Of a stretch of 64,000 nucleotides of DNA, positions 9,791 to 20,670 are shown piece after piece; the first letter of the stretch is position 1, and each line of letters starts with the position of its first letter. The position numbers were made by a program, and so were the translations under genes. The notes beneath the pieces were generated by a model. It was not told the origin of the DNA and searched no databases. It saw only the letters and a list, made by a program, of their open reading frames with translations. This stretch comes from Candidatus Scatovivens sp. (GTDB lineage: Bacteria > Bacillota > Clostridia > TANB77 > CAG-508). The stretch covers positions 96,001 to 160,000 of the forward strand of contig JAZRKN010000001.1 in the NCBI GenBank assembly GCA_045646345.1. Reading direction: 5' to 3'.

Positions 9791-11038
9791 TTAACAATTC
9801 ATTTTTTTGCGTTCTTTATACAAAATTACTCTTGTTGCTATTACATATAGAATAAATTGAATAGCCAAAGTTGTTGTACACGAGAATGTTGCCCCATTTA
9901 TTCCAAACTTCTTAACTAGAACAGTTGAACCAATAAACGCAATTATCATTGATGCAACATAAATTACAAATTGAACAAAAGTATGTCTTATTGTTGTTAA
10001 AGTTACTAAATTTATATAAGAAATTGCATAGAATATATATGAACCTATAATCACACATAAATTCATTCTGTATGCGGTTAAATCTAATCCATAAACTAAA
10101 CCTAAAAATTCTGGTCCGATTAAGAATGCAGCTAAAACTGCAAAAGCTCCGAACGCAATAACTATAAGTTTTATTTTAAAAGTTACTTGATCCATTTCTT
10201 TTAATTGTTTATTTTCATACATTTCTTTCATTTTTCCTAAAAATGGCATTACTATAAATTGTGTAAATAATGTCATAACTGTTGCTGGCATCATTATATA
10301 ACCATAAATCGCTTGAATATCTTCTGTTAAGAAACTATCAATAGCATATTTAGGTGCATTTAAAATATATATTCCAGCAAAAGAATTTACAAAAACAAAA
10401 AATTCACTTTTAAAAATCGAAAGAACATTTGATTTATCAATCTTTCTTGTACTATCTATTAGCTTTCTTGTTATCATGAAATAATCAAAAATAGCTAATA
10501 CTAAAATATTTACAAGTATTACAGCAAAACAAGCCCATCTTAAATCTCTCGTGATTAAATCTACAATTAAAAACGCTGCTATTCCTATAAATCCTTTTAA
10601 ACTCAAAGATTGCCCTGATTTATATAAAATATCATTTTTCTGCATTACGCCATATAGAATATCAGAAAAAGCTTCTATTCCCTTAAAAATCGCAAGTAAT
10701 GCAAAAATTGTAGTTTTAAAACCAGAATATTGTTGAATCACAAGAAATCCTGCAGCCCCAACAAACATCATTAAGCAAGTTATAATTCTATTTGTTATAT
10801 AATCTTTATCAGATATTTTATTTTCAATATCCGTAACTTGACAAAGTCTTCCTGAATACATTGCTAATGTATAAAGTATTGTTGCTGTTGCATAAGCAAT
10901 TGAAAATATTCCAGCTGTATGTATATCATTAACTCTTGTTACTATTATTAAGAAAAATAATGAGTTAAAAGAGTTTATTCCTGTTCCTAAACTATTCCAT
11001 ATAAAGTTTTTCAAAAATAACTTTTTCTCTGAATCCAT
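9791..11038 (-). CDS. Wzx-like polysaccharide flippase (MOP superfamily)
   Basis: 415 aa, ~12 TM, N-terminal KNFIWNSLG and NAPKYAID typical of polysaccharide export proteins. Confidence 0.8.
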   Translation of the reverse strand: MDSEKKLFLKNFIWNSLGTGINSFNSLFFLIIVTRVNDIHTAGIFSIAYATATILYTLAMYSGRLCQVTDIENKISDKDYITNRIITCLMMFVGAAGFLVIQQYSGFKTTIFALLAIFKGIEAFSDILYGVMQKNDILYKSGQSLSLKGFIGIAAFLIVDLITRDLRWACFAVILVNILVLAIFDYFMITRKLIDSTRKIDKSNVLSIFKSEFFVFVNSFAGIYILNAPKYAIDSFLTEDIQAIYGYIMMPATVMTLFTQFIVMPFLGKMKEMYENKQLKEMDQVTFKIKLIVIAFGAFAVLAAFLIGPEFLGLVYGLDLTAYRMNLCVIIGSYIFYAISYINLVTLTTIRHTFVQFVIYVASMIIAFIGSTVLVKKFGINGATFSCTTTLAIQFILYVIATRVILYKERKKMNC

Positions 11039-11947
11039 TTATAAAACTCCTATTAAAAATATTACTCTTATCATTAAATCATCCATTACATTATTTCTAA
11101 GTTGTTTTGGATAAAATGCTTTCTTTAATGCATTTTTAAAAGAGTATTCTTCATTTGAAAATAAATCTATAATATTTTTATTTTCTTCAGACAATTCATA
11201 ATAGTAATAGTCTTTAAAATTTAACATTTGTTGTTTTATATCCTTCATTCCATCATTAAATAACAAATGTTTTATTCTCCATACTAATAATCTAAAATAT
11301 CCTTGCCCTTCAGAAGTTGCATTTTCTTTTCTTCTTCTGTATTTAACTGTTGTTACATTATCATAAGCAACATTTCCAAGTCCTACACACAAAAGATATG
11401 TCCACCAATCATGAAAGAAACATGTTTTAGGAGTACTTTCTATTATCATATCTCTTGTTTTTTTGTTTACCGTCATTGTCATTCCTTGACCACAGCAAGA
11501 AAATAAAGATCTTAAAAATGAATATTTTTTATTTTTAGGACCGCTTCCTAAAAATTTCATTTCTTCATCATAATAATCTGAATTTCCAAATGCCATATTA
11601 GGTTTTGAATCATCTAATTTATTCAAAGAATTTACTGCAAGTTCTATTTTATTTTCAATCCAAACATCATCTTGATCTGCATAAGCATAGTAATCAGCCT
11701 CAGCAAGTTTCAATAATTCAAAAAAACTTTTTATAAAACCTAAGTTTTCTCCTTGATGTAATATGATATTAGAATTCTTTTCCATATATTCTTTTACAAT
11801 GGCTATTGTATTATCTTTAGAACCATCATCTCTTACAATTATTTCGATATTTTTATATGTTTGATTTAATATAGAATCTAATTGTTCTTTTATAAATTTT
11901 TCGCCATTATATGTAGACATTATTACTGCTACTTTTTTGTTTTCCAT
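11039..11947 (-). CDS. GT2 glycosyltransferase (RgpB-like rhamnosyltransferase)
   Basis: MSTYNGEKFIKEQLDSIL, RDDGSKD, ADQDDVW, HDWW. Confidence 0.88.
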   Translation of the reverse strand: MENKKVAVIMSTYNGEKFIKEQLDSILNQTYKNIEIIVRDDGSKDNTIAIVKEYMEKNSNIILHQGENLGFIKSFFELLKLAEADYYAYADQDDVWIENKIELAVNSLNKLDDSKPNMAFGNSDYYDEEMKFLGSGPKNKKYSFLRSLFSCCGQGMTMTVNKKTRDMIIESTPKTCFFHDWWTYLLCVGLGNVAYDNVTTVKYRRRKENATSEGQGYFRLLVWRIKHLLFNDGMKDIKQQMLNFKDYYYYELSEENKNIIDLFSNEEYSFKNALKKAFYPKQLRNNVMDDLMIRVIFLIGVL

Positions 11948-11967
11948 TTTTTTCTAGATACCTTTCG

Positions 11968-14196
11968 TTATTTTACTTTAAAAATATACATTCCATCTTC
12001 ATCATATACTTTTTCAAAATCAACATCTAATCCATATTCATCTGAATTGATATCTTTATCCTTTGAAAGAATATATTTTATCCCTAATTTTTCTAAATCT
12101 TTATAATTTAAATTTATAGAAATATTGTCTGCAAATAACAATTGAATATTTGATTCTTCATTTATTATTGTGCAGTTTACATGTGCATATCTATTATAAA
12201 TTTCTTTTTGTTTTTCTGCATCTTCTCCTAGGATTTGTTCATACATTTCAATATTTGGATAAATATTAGTAGAATTTAATGTACGAATTCCACTCGCAAG
12301 AGCATAGTCATTTAAATACCAATTATCTCCAACCACAACCCAAATCGCTTCTGGATCTTGAGATTTTATTTCTTGCATTTTTTGTGCAACTGGTTTTTTA
12401 TAAAAAATATCTGTAGTTCTAATAACAGGATTTACTCTAAGACCAGTTATTAATGCTACTGTAATTAATACATACATTGTATAATTTCTTGCTTTTTCAT
12501 TGTGTATATTCATAACTCCTAAAAATACTGCTAAATATACTAATGAACCAATTATAATTTTACCATTATCTAAATATTGATATCCATCTGCTCCTACAGC
12601 AATTGTTGAAAACGCTTTATAAGCAACATATATTGTTGAAATTATCGCAAATGTACAAGCAACATATTTATTAAATAATTTATCTTCTTTTTTTATACTT
12701 CCTAATAAATAGATTAATATATATATACATGCAGTTCCAAGTGGTACTGATACTCTACAAGCAGTTGTCATTGACATCAAACTCATATTTGCAAGCCAAG
12801 CCGGGAAACCATACACACACCAAACACTTAAGAAACCTGCTACCACAAGCATTGGTATCCAGAAGTGTAAATCTTTTTTATTTCTTATAGCATATATTAA
12901 TCCAAGAAGCATTGGTATTGGGAATAGTGATAACATAGAAGTATATTCACAAGGATTTAATGGGTATTCTTCAAAAGTAAAGAATATATTATAAAAATAT
13001 GAATAGTTGTTAATAGCTCCTCCACCAATTTCTTGTCTATCTCCAGGATAATCAGTATTCATTGTTGCATCTATTGCATCTTTTGAAAAAATGTACCATC
13101 TTCCAATTAATAAAGCTAAACATACAATTGTCATAACAATGACTAAAACATCATGTAACGTAAATCTATAATTTCCATATTTTATATTTTTGATCAAAAT
13201 CCACGCAACTAATGCTAAGAATAAATATCCAAAAGATATTTGCCATGCTGGATATAATTCTAAAACATAGGATAATCCAGCAATTAAAATTCCTAATGCG
13301 CACAGATATTTATTTTTCTTCTTATCTGTATTCATAAATTTATCTAGTAAAACAATTACTATTTGTCCGTATATCAAAACATGCATACAATACCACCATT
13401 GTACTGCTGCTGAGAAAGTTATTACTAACATTCCACATAAAGATAATTTTTTATTTCTATTTGTAAGAATTAAACATAGTTCGTATGCTCCAAGCATCAT
13501 TGCAACTAATCTTCCATACCAATAAAAACTTAATCCCATATCATTTCCAAAAAGTAAAAATCCAATTTGAAACGGTCTTCCAAGCATTAATATGTCAAAC
13601 ACCGGTGCTTTAGCAACAGTAAACATTTCTGTTTCTGTTCCCCTTAAAACATTTCCAAAATAACTAAACGGTGTTGTTGAATTTGCTTGTGATAATATAT
13701 AAGGTGTTGAAGTTGCCCATTCATCAGTTCTTATTGTTCTTGCAGTTCCAAGCAACGGATGAAATCTTGTATCATCATGTTGTGGTTGAATTGCAGCAAA
13801 AGCATGGAAATGAGTTATTGAAGAACCTGAATATTTAAATATCATTACAAACAACAAAAAGGCACAAGCAATTTTGTACCTATTTTTATGAATAAACTCA
13901 TACATATTTGACAATTTAAATACGAAATGTATTCCAATAAACATATAGATTATTGAAACTAATATTATTCTGTTTTTTGAAATAAATTGTGGATACCATC
14001 TTCTAAATATTGTATATTCACAAATTGTTGCAAATGCTAAAGCAGCAAATGCAACTAATATTAATTTTGTTTTTGTGAAATTATCTTTATTTAGAAAATA
14101 CAACAATTTACTTATAATTTTGTTTTCATTACAAATTTCTTTTGTTTTATCAGTAATTTTTTTCATTGCTGATTTTATTTTTTCAATAACTTTCAT
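11968..14196 (-). CDS. Polytopic membrane protein, putative GT-C glycosyltransferase
   Basis: Many TM helices, extracytoplasmic loop with IRTDEW, YPAWQ, TDYPGDR, soluble C-terminal domain. Confidence 0.65.
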   Translation of the reverse strand: MKVIEKIKSAMKKITDKTKEICNENKIISKLLYFLNKDNFTKTKLILVAFAALAFATICEYTIFRRWYPQFISKNRIILVSIIYMFIGIHFVFKLSNMYEFIHKNRYKIACAFLLFVMIFKYSGSSITHFHAFAAIQPQHDDTRFHPLLGTARTIRTDEWATSTPYILSQANSTTPFSYFGNVLRGTETEMFTVAKAPVFDILMLGRPFQIGFLLFGNDMGLSFYWYGRLVAMMLGAYELCLILTNRNKKLSLCGMLVITFSAAVQWWYCMHVLIYGQIVIVLLDKFMNTDKKKNKYLCALGILIAGLSYVLELYPAWQISFGYLFLALVAWILIKNIKYGNYRFTLHDVLVIVMTIVCLALLIGRWYIFSKDAIDATMNTDYPGDRQEIGGGAINNYSYFYNIFFTFEEYPLNPCEYTSMLSLFPIPMLLGLIYAIRNKKDLHFWIPMLVVAGFLSVWCVYGFPAWLANMSLMSMTTACRVSVPLGTACIYILIYLLGSIKKEDKLFNKYVACTFAIISTIYVAYKAFSTIAVGADGYQYLDNGKIIIGSLVYLAVFLGVMNIHNEKARNYTMYVLITVALITGLRVNPVIRTTDIFYKKPVAQKMQEIKSQDPEAIWVVVGDNWYLNDYALASGIRTLNSTNIYPNIEMYEQILGEDAEKQKEIYNRYAHVNCTIINEESNIQLLFADNISINLNYKDLEKLGIKYILSKDKDINSDEYGLDVDFEKVYDEDGMYIFKVK

Positions 14197-14215
14197 TCTT
14201 TTTCCTTTTTCGTTT

Positions 14216-15253
14216 TTACCATTTTACTTCTAATTTAAGTACATCTAATACAAATCTATTTACCCAAATATAAACTATTGGAATATGAAGTCTGTAACAT
14301 AAATGTACTCCCCATATTAAGAAAGATTTTAATCCTCCTTTAATACAATGACCTAATTTATAATGTCTACATTTTCTCCAATCTGGAAATTCTGTATCTA
14401 AATATTTAATAATTTCTTTTAAAGCTTTGTTTATATTAACTTCTTTATCATAAGAAAGCATAAATGCCCAAGAAATTGCTAAATGTAAAAATGCCATTGC
14501 AGATAATGTTTCTTTATAATCATTATATTTACCTATTTTTTTAGCATTATCTCTTGTTACAATTAAATATCTTTTCAAGTTTTCAATATCTTTTTCATTC
14601 ATATTATGAATTTGAGAACTTGAACGTAAATAGTAATGATATAAAACATCTGGAATAAATGTTAATTTTTTCGCTCCATACATGTAAGAATGAATTAAAA
14701 ATAAAGTATCATTACATCCTCTAAAAGGTAAAAATTCTAAGTCTTTTACTAGTTCTCTTCTATATAATTTATTCCATAAAGAAGGGTTAGCATAAACTAT
14801 AAAATCGTCATTCCAATCAACATCTTTATTCATTGTTCCATGTTGTGTCATTTCTGTAGATACTGTTTTTCCTGTATCTAAATCTACTCTGTCATATCCT
14901 GAAAAAGCAATATCAGCATCATTTTCTTTGGCTGCATTATATAGTTTTTCAGCCCAAGTAACTTCTGGAACATCATCACTATCAATAAAACCTACATATT
15001 CGCCTGTAGCTTCTTTTAATCCATAAGTTCTAGCAGACCATTCTCCACCATTTTGTTTATGGAATGTTTTTACTTTATTTGGATATCTCGATTTATAATC
15101 TTCAATAATTTGTGGTGCAGAATCTTTTGATCCATCATTTACACAAATGATTTCTATATCTTCTAATGTTTGATTTACTAAAGCATCCAAACATCTTGGT
15201 ACATATTTTTCTAAATTATAAATTGGTACTACAACTGATACTTTGGGAGCCAT
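14216..15253 (-). CDS. GT2 glycosyltransferase
   Basis: VSVVVPIYN, VNDGSKD, FIDSDD, WNKLY. Confidence 0.9.
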   Translation of the reverse strand: MAPKVSVVVPIYNLEKYVPRCLDALVNQTLEDIEIICVNDGSKDSAPQIIEDYKSRYPNKVKTFHKQNGGEWSARTYGLKEATGEYVGFIDSDDVPEVTWAEKLYNAAKENDADIAFSGYDRVDLDTGKTVSTEMTQHGTMNKDVDWNDDFIVYANPSLWNKLYRRELVKDLEFLPFRGCNDTLFLIHSYMYGAKKLTFIPDVLYHYYLRSSSQIHNMNEKDIENLKRYLIVTRDNAKKIGKYNDYKETLSAMAFLHLAISWAFMLSYDKEVNINKALKEIIKYLDTEFPDWRKCRHYKLGHCIKGGLKSFLIWGVHLCYRLHIPIVYIWVNRFVLDVLKLEVKW

Positions 15254-15254
15254 T

Positions 15255-16196
15255 TTATTTTTCCTTTCTATCTTTCTTTAAAATTCTTTCACAATCTATT
15301 AATCTCATTTCAAATGTTTGTCTTGCATCTCTTATAATATTATCTAATGTTAATCCTGTAAATAATGATTGTAATGTACAAACAAACATTAACATACTTA
15401 CAATTATTGATGGAACTTTAATTTCTCCAGTTTTAAATAAAGCAATAATTGCTGGTATAACAAATACCATTCCTGCTACAAACATAAAAAACGCAATTAT
15501 TGAGAAGAAATTTAATGGTTTATAATTTTTGTAAAAACCAAATATTGTTTTAATTACTTTAATTCCATCTGGAATTGTATTTAATTTTGAAGGACTATCT
15601 GCTGGTCTGTCTCTATATTCAATTATTACATTCTTAACTTTCATGTTTTTATCCAAACAATGAATTGTCATTTCTGTTTCAAGTTCAAAACCTTTTGACA
15701 TTACTGGGAATGTTTTAACAAATTTATAACTAAATGCTCTTAAACCTGTCATAACGTCTCTTATATCACTTTTATAAATACTATTTATTAAAGCTCTTAC
15801 AGTAACATTTCCAACATTATGGAATGGTCTTTTATTTTCTTTAAAATATGTAGACGAAAGTCTATCTCCTATAACCATATCTACATTTTCATCTAAAACT
15901 GCATTTATCATTTCTCTAGCACTTTCAGCTGGATATGTATCGTCACCATCAACCATTACATAGCATTCTGCGTCTATTTCTCTAAACATGGTTCTAATAA
16001 CATTTCCTTTTCCTTGTCTAGTTTCATATCTAACTATAGCTCCAGCTTCTTTCGCTATTTTATCTGTTCCATCTTTTGAATTATTATCATACACATAAAT
16101 TGTTGCTTCTGGTATTTCTCTTTTAAAATCTTCTACAACTTTTTTTATTGTTTTTGCTTCATTATAGCAAGGTATTAAAACTGCTATTTTGTCCAT
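15255..16196 (-). CDS. Polyprenyl-phosphate glycosyltransferase (GT2, GtrB/DPM-synthase-like) with two C-terminal TMs
   Basis: IPCYNE, DNNSKD, GKGNV, VDGDDTY, GFELETE, then 2 TM. Confidence 0.85.
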   Translation of the reverse strand: MDKIAVLIPCYNEAKTIKKVVEDFKREIPEATIYVYDNNSKDGTDKIAKEAGAIVRYETRQGKGNVIRTMFREIDAECYVMVDGDDTYPAESAREMINAVLDENVDMVIGDRLSSTYFKENKRPFHNVGNVTVRALINSIYKSDIRDVMTGLRAFSYKFVKTFPVMSKGFELETEMTIHCLDKNMKVKNVIIEYRDRPADSPSKLNTIPDGIKVIKTIFGFYKNYKPLNFFSIIAFFMFVAGMVFVIPAIIALFKTGEIKVPSIIVSMLMFVCTLQSLFTGLTLDNIIRDARQTFEMRLIDCERILKKDRKEK

Positions 16197-16306
16197 ATTT
16201 TTCAATTCCTTTCAAAATCCATTTTTTTCGTTTTTATTATAACATATAATTACATTTTTTCAAATAATATTTATGCTTTTTATCTTTTGTTTTTTTGGCT
16301 ATTTTT

Positions 16307-16843
16307 CTAAGCTTTTTCTTCTGTTTTTGATTCTTTTTTAAATATTATTAATTTGCTAAAAACATAGTTACTTAGTATTACTACAACTTGTGCAAATACA
16401 GACCATATAGCAACCCATAAATTACTATCTAACCCTAGGAATGTTACAAAGAAGAACATTATTACCATTTCCATTCCTAATGTAACAAGTCTTGCTGTAA
16501 CAAAAGATACAGCTTCCTTTAAAATTTTATCTGAATTGCTTTTAAAAACTAAAACCCTATTAGTAAAATAAGCAAACACACAAGCTACAATCCATGATAT
16601 TATTACAGCTGTTTGAAGTTCAAACTCATTTGATGCATCTAATATTGTAAATAAAAGTAAAAATTTAACACCCAAATTAATTATTGTAGCTAGCGCTCCG
16701 AAAACTAAATATCTCATTCCTTCTAAATGATTTCTATAAATATCCGCTATTTTCTTTAATTTTATTTTATCTAAAATATTTAAAAAGAAATTTTCTATTG
16801 TTTCTAGAATTTCCATTGATTTTGATTTTTCTTCGTTTTCCAT
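16307..16843 (-). CDS. GtrA-family lipid-linked sugar flippase
   Basis: RYLVFG, AYFTNRVLVF, NYVFSKLIIFK; 4 TM. Confidence 0.88.
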   Translation of the reverse strand: MENEEKSKSMEILETIENFFLNILDKIKLKKIADIYRNHLEGMRYLVFGALATIINLGVKFLLLFTILDASNEFELQTAVIISWIVACVFAYFTNRVLVFKSNSDKILKEAVSFVTARLVTLGMEMVIMFFFVTFLGLDSNLWVAIWSVFAQVVVILSNYVFSKLIIFKKESKTEEKA

Positions 16844-16864
16844 CTTTCTACCTTCCAATTTAAT

Positions 16865-18679
16865 CTATTCCATATCAATATCATAATTACAAGTCTTTCT
16901 TGTAAAATTGATATTGTAATATGGATCATAGTCTACATATTTTTTCCACTTTTCTTTAAAGTTTTTTGATTCTTGATTAAATCTTTCTTCTTGTTGTTTG
17001 GTATATTCATAACCTCTTGATTTTGATTCATAATGAACAAGTTCAACATATGGATTATAAATATTTCTGTAACCTTTTTCTAAAAGTTTCAGACAAAAAT
17101 CAACATCATTAAATGCAACTTTAAATTTCTCTTCGTCCATAAATCCAACTTCTTCATAAAGTTCTCTTCTACAAAGTAAACAAGCACCAGTAACTGCTGC
17201 CACATTTCTAGTAGCTGATTCTCTTCCAAAATAAGCATGTTTTCCATAAGGCAAATTAACAAGCATATTTCCAGCTATACCCGAAAGACCTATTATTATT
17301 CCTGCATGCTGAATAGTTTTATCTTCATAGTAAAGTCTTGCACCTACCGCACCAATTTCTTTATTTTGTGCATATCCTATCATATATTCTAACCATTCAG
17401 GATTCAAAACTTTTGTATCATTATTTAATTGAAGAACAAAATCCCCATCAACATTTTTAACTCCAAAATTGATTATTTTTGAATAGTTAAATTCTTTTAT
17501 TTCTGAATTTACAATTCTTACATTTTCATTTTTTGAAATTTCACTATAATATTCTAACGTTTCTTTTTTCTCACTATTATTTTCAATAACAACAATCTCA
17601 TAATTTTTATATGTTGTTAATTTTAATATCGAATCTATACAAGTTTTTAATAATTTGGCATTATCTTTATTTGGAATTAATATAGAAACTTTAGGATTTC
17701 CTATTATTTCATGTTTTATTTTATAAATTCCAGGAACATCTTGTCCATCTTCAACTTTCGCTTTTATTCCTATTCTATTCATATGAGCTTCCACGGCCCT
17801 TCTACCAGCTTCATAAGCATATGGTTTGGCATCTGCAACATTAGCAGTTGAACTTTTGTGAACTCTCCAATGATAAAGAATTTTTGAAATATGTACAATT
17901 TTTTTAGCCTCTCTTGTTGCTCTCAACACAAAATCAAAATCTTGTGCACCGTTAAATTCTGAATTTAATTTTCCAACTCTATCTATTAACAATTTCTTTA
18001 CCACAACAAAATGAGTTATATAATTATTGCACGCTAACGTGTCTGGAGAATAATCAGGTTTAAAATATGGTTCAAATCTTTCTTTATATTCATCAATTTT
18101 ATCTTCATCAGAATAAATAAATTCTAAATTTTCATTTTCATTTATAGCCTTTACTACTTCGTATAAAGCATCTTGAGCTAATAAATCATCATGATCTAAA
18201 AATCCAATATATTCTCCTGTAGCCATATTTATTGCACAGTTAGTATTTTCAGAAATACCTTCGTTAGCATTTAAAAATTTATATTTGATTTTTGAATTTT
18301 TTTCATAATATTGTTTCAACATTTCATTTTGTTTTTCGCTACCATCCGCCAAACATAGTTCCCAATTTGAATATGTTTGATTTTCTAAAGATTCTATAAG
18401 CTCTTTAAAAAATATTTCATCCGTATTATACATAGGAACAACAATACTAATTTTAGGAGAAATATCAAATTTATATTTTTTTTGTCTTTCAATTTCTTCA
18501 GCTGTTAATTTATGTTTCTCCATCCATATTTTATACTGTTCTTGATTAGTTTTTCTATTTTCTTTAATATGAAATATTCTTTTACAAATTTTTTTAGAAA
18601 CTTCAACAAAGCCATATCTTCTAAAATAATATTTAACTTTATTTAAATTATTTTTTATATCCATATTCTTCACTTTCAT
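16865..18679 (-). CDS. Two-domain GT2 glycosyltransferase (rhamnan polymerase-like)
   Basis: Two GT2 modules (ISIVVPMYN...LDHDD; VSILIPNKD...LNND...AVTGACL...FNDVDFCL). Confidence 0.88.
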   Translation of the reverse strand: MKVKNMDIKNNLNKVKYYFRRYGFVEVSKKICKRIFHIKENRKTNQEQYKIWMEKHKLTAEEIERQKKYKFDISPKISIVVPMYNTDEIFFKELIESLENQTYSNWELCLADGSEKQNEMLKQYYEKNSKIKYKFLNANEGISENTNCAINMATGEYIGFLDHDDLLAQDALYEVVKAINENENLEFIYSDEDKIDEYKERFEPYFKPDYSPDTLACNNYITHFVVVKKLLIDRVGKLNSEFNGAQDFDFVLRATREAKKIVHISKILYHWRVHKSSTANVADAKPYAYEAGRRAVEAHMNRIGIKAKVEDGQDVPGIYKIKHEIIGNPKVSILIPNKDNAKLLKTCIDSILKLTTYKNYEIVVIENNSEKKETLEYYSEISKNENVRIVNSEIKEFNYSKIINFGVKNVDGDFVLQLNNDTKVLNPEWLEYMIGYAQNKEIGAVGARLYYEDKTIQHAGIIIGLSGIAGNMLVNLPYGKHAYFGRESATRNVAAVTGACLLCRRELYEEVGFMDEEKFKVAFNDVDFCLKLLEKGYRNIYNPYVELVHYESKSRGYEYTKQQEERFNQESKNFKEKWKKYVDYDPYYNINFTRKTCNYDIDME

Positions 18680-18680
18680 T

Positions 18681-18714
18681 TGAGAACTTGCATTTTATAA
18701 AATACAAGTTCTCA
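18681..18714. other. Near-perfect intergenic palindrome between two GT2 genes
   Basis: TGAGAACTTGCATTTTATAAAATACAAGTTCTCA. Confidence 0.6.
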
Positions 18715-18722
18715 TTATATTT

Positions 18723-20633
18723 CTAATCTCCATAATTAACTTTTATATTTTTCATGTGATAAACTTCTGTGTCTAAACTTAAATTCAAATTATAATAAGG
18801 ATCTCCTTTTTCTAAGAAATCTACCCATCTTTTTTCAAAAGTACTAATTTCACCTTGAAATCTTTTAATTTTTTCTGGTGAGTCTTCTTGCCCTCTAGAT
18901 TTTGATTCATAGTGCCAAAATTCAACAAATGGATTATATACTACTAAATATCCTTTTTCTCTTATTTTTAAACAAAAATCAACATCATTAAATGCAACAG
19001 CTAACTCTTCATTCATCCAATCTACTTCTTCATAAACTTTTGTTTTTGTCATCAAACACGCACCAGTAACAGCACTTAAATTTTCTACCATAGATTCTCT
19101 TGCAAAATATCCATGTCCGTCTTTAGGAATACTTTTAAATCTATTTCCTGCAATTCCACCTAATCCCACTACAATACCTGCGTGTTGAATTGTTTCGTCT
19201 GGAAAATATAATTTAACACCAACCGCTCCAACATCTTCTCTTTGACAATAGCCTAGCATTAATTCAAGCCAATTTGGAGTAATAAGCTCTGTATCATTAT
19301 TTAATTGAATTGAATATTCTCCTTTAGCATTTCTTACACCAAAGTTAATAATTGCAGAATAATTAAACCCTGGTTTTACTTCAATTCTATTTTGATTTGT
19401 AAACTCCAAACTACATTCTTCTTCAATTAAAATTTCTTTTCCTGTATTATAATTTACAACTCTAATTTTTTCATTTTTTATAAGTTCTTTATAATATTCA
19501 TAAATTTCATTTGTGGTACTATTATTTTCTACAACAATAATCTCATAGTTTGAATAAGTTGTTTTTTCAATAACAGAATCAATACAAACTTTTAAAATAT
19601 CTTTTCCATCTTTATTCGGAATGATTATAGAAACTTTTGGATTTCCTTTTACTTTATAATCAACTCTATAAATTCCAGCCAAACACCCTTCTGAAACTTC
19701 ACCTTCTAAACCAACTCTTTTTAAATGATCAGATATTGCTTTTTTTCCAGCTTCAAAAGCATAATTCTTCGCATTACTGTTTAACTGTGCTGTTGATTCT
19801 CTGTGAACTCTCCAGTGATAAAGAATTTTAGGTATATGCTTTATATTTTCTTCTTTTACAATTTCTGACATTCTTAAGAAAATGTCATAATCTTGAGCAC
19901 CGTCATAATCAGATTTAAAACCTTCTAATTTGTCCATTACTTCTTTTTTGAAAATACTAAAATGACAAATATAGTTTTGACATCTTAAAGTATCTGGTGC
20001 AAAATCTGGTTTAAAATAAGCATCATATCTATTATTTCTTCCATCAATCTTATCTTCATCAGAATACATAAATTCAACATTTGGATTTTTATTTATACAT
20101 TTTACAACTTCAAATAATGCATATTCCGCTAAAATATCATCATGATCTAAAAGTGCAATATATTCTCCTGTAGCCATTTCAATTGCTGCATTTGTATTTC
20201 CAGAAATACCTTTATTTTCACCTAAAAATTTATATTTAATTCTCTCATCTTTTTCATAATATTTTTTATATGTTTCATTTTTTTCTGGACTACCATCAGC
20301 TAAACATAATTCCCAATTTGAATATGTTTGATTTATCATACAGTTAATTAAATCTTTAAAAAACTTTTCTTTCGTTTTATACATTGGAACTATTACACTT
20401 ATTTTTGGAGAATTACTAAATTGTTTTTTGGCTTGTTTTTTTAGCTCAGATTCTCTAACTTCATTAAATCTAATCCATCCACCATAATCTCCATAAGTTA
20501 AATCTTTTTCACCTTTTAAAATTCTTATAACTTTTCTAATCACAGCTTTTATACATTTTATTCCAGTTTTAAAAAAGCCATATTTTTTGATGTAAAATTT
20601 TATTTGATTAATTCTATGTTTTATAATATCCAT
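18723..20633 (-). CDS. Two-domain GT2 glycosyltransferase (rhamnan polymerase-like)
   Basis: Same double GT2 architecture and motifs as 16865-18679. Confidence 0.88.
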   Translation of the reverse strand: MDIIKHRINQIKFYIKKYGFFKTGIKCIKAVIRKVIRILKGEKDLTYGDYGGWIRFNEVRESELKKQAKKQFSNSPKISVIVPMYKTKEKFFKDLINCMINQTYSNWELCLADGSPEKNETYKKYYEKDERIKYKFLGENKGISGNTNAAIEMATGEYIALLDHDDILAEYALFEVVKCINKNPNVEFMYSDEDKIDGRNNRYDAYFKPDFAPDTLRCQNYICHFSIFKKEVMDKLEGFKSDYDGAQDYDIFLRMSEIVKEENIKHIPKILYHWRVHRESTAQLNSNAKNYAFEAGKKAISDHLKRVGLEGEVSEGCLAGIYRVDYKVKGNPKVSIIIPNKDGKDILKVCIDSVIEKTTYSNYEIIVVENNSTTNEIYEYYKELIKNEKIRVVNYNTGKEILIEEECSLEFTNQNRIEVKPGFNYSAIINFGVRNAKGEYSIQLNNDTELITPNWLELMLGYCQREDVGAVGVKLYFPDETIQHAGIVVGLGGIAGNRFKSIPKDGHGYFARESMVENLSAVTGACLMTKTKVYEEVDWMNEELAVAFNDVDFCLKIREKGYLVVYNPFVEFWHYESKSRGQEDSPEKIKRFQGEISTFEKRWVDFLEKGDPYYNLNLSLDTEVYHMKNIKVNYGD

Positions 20634-20670
20634 TATATTTTCCTTTCAAATTCTTCTGCATAAATATCAA

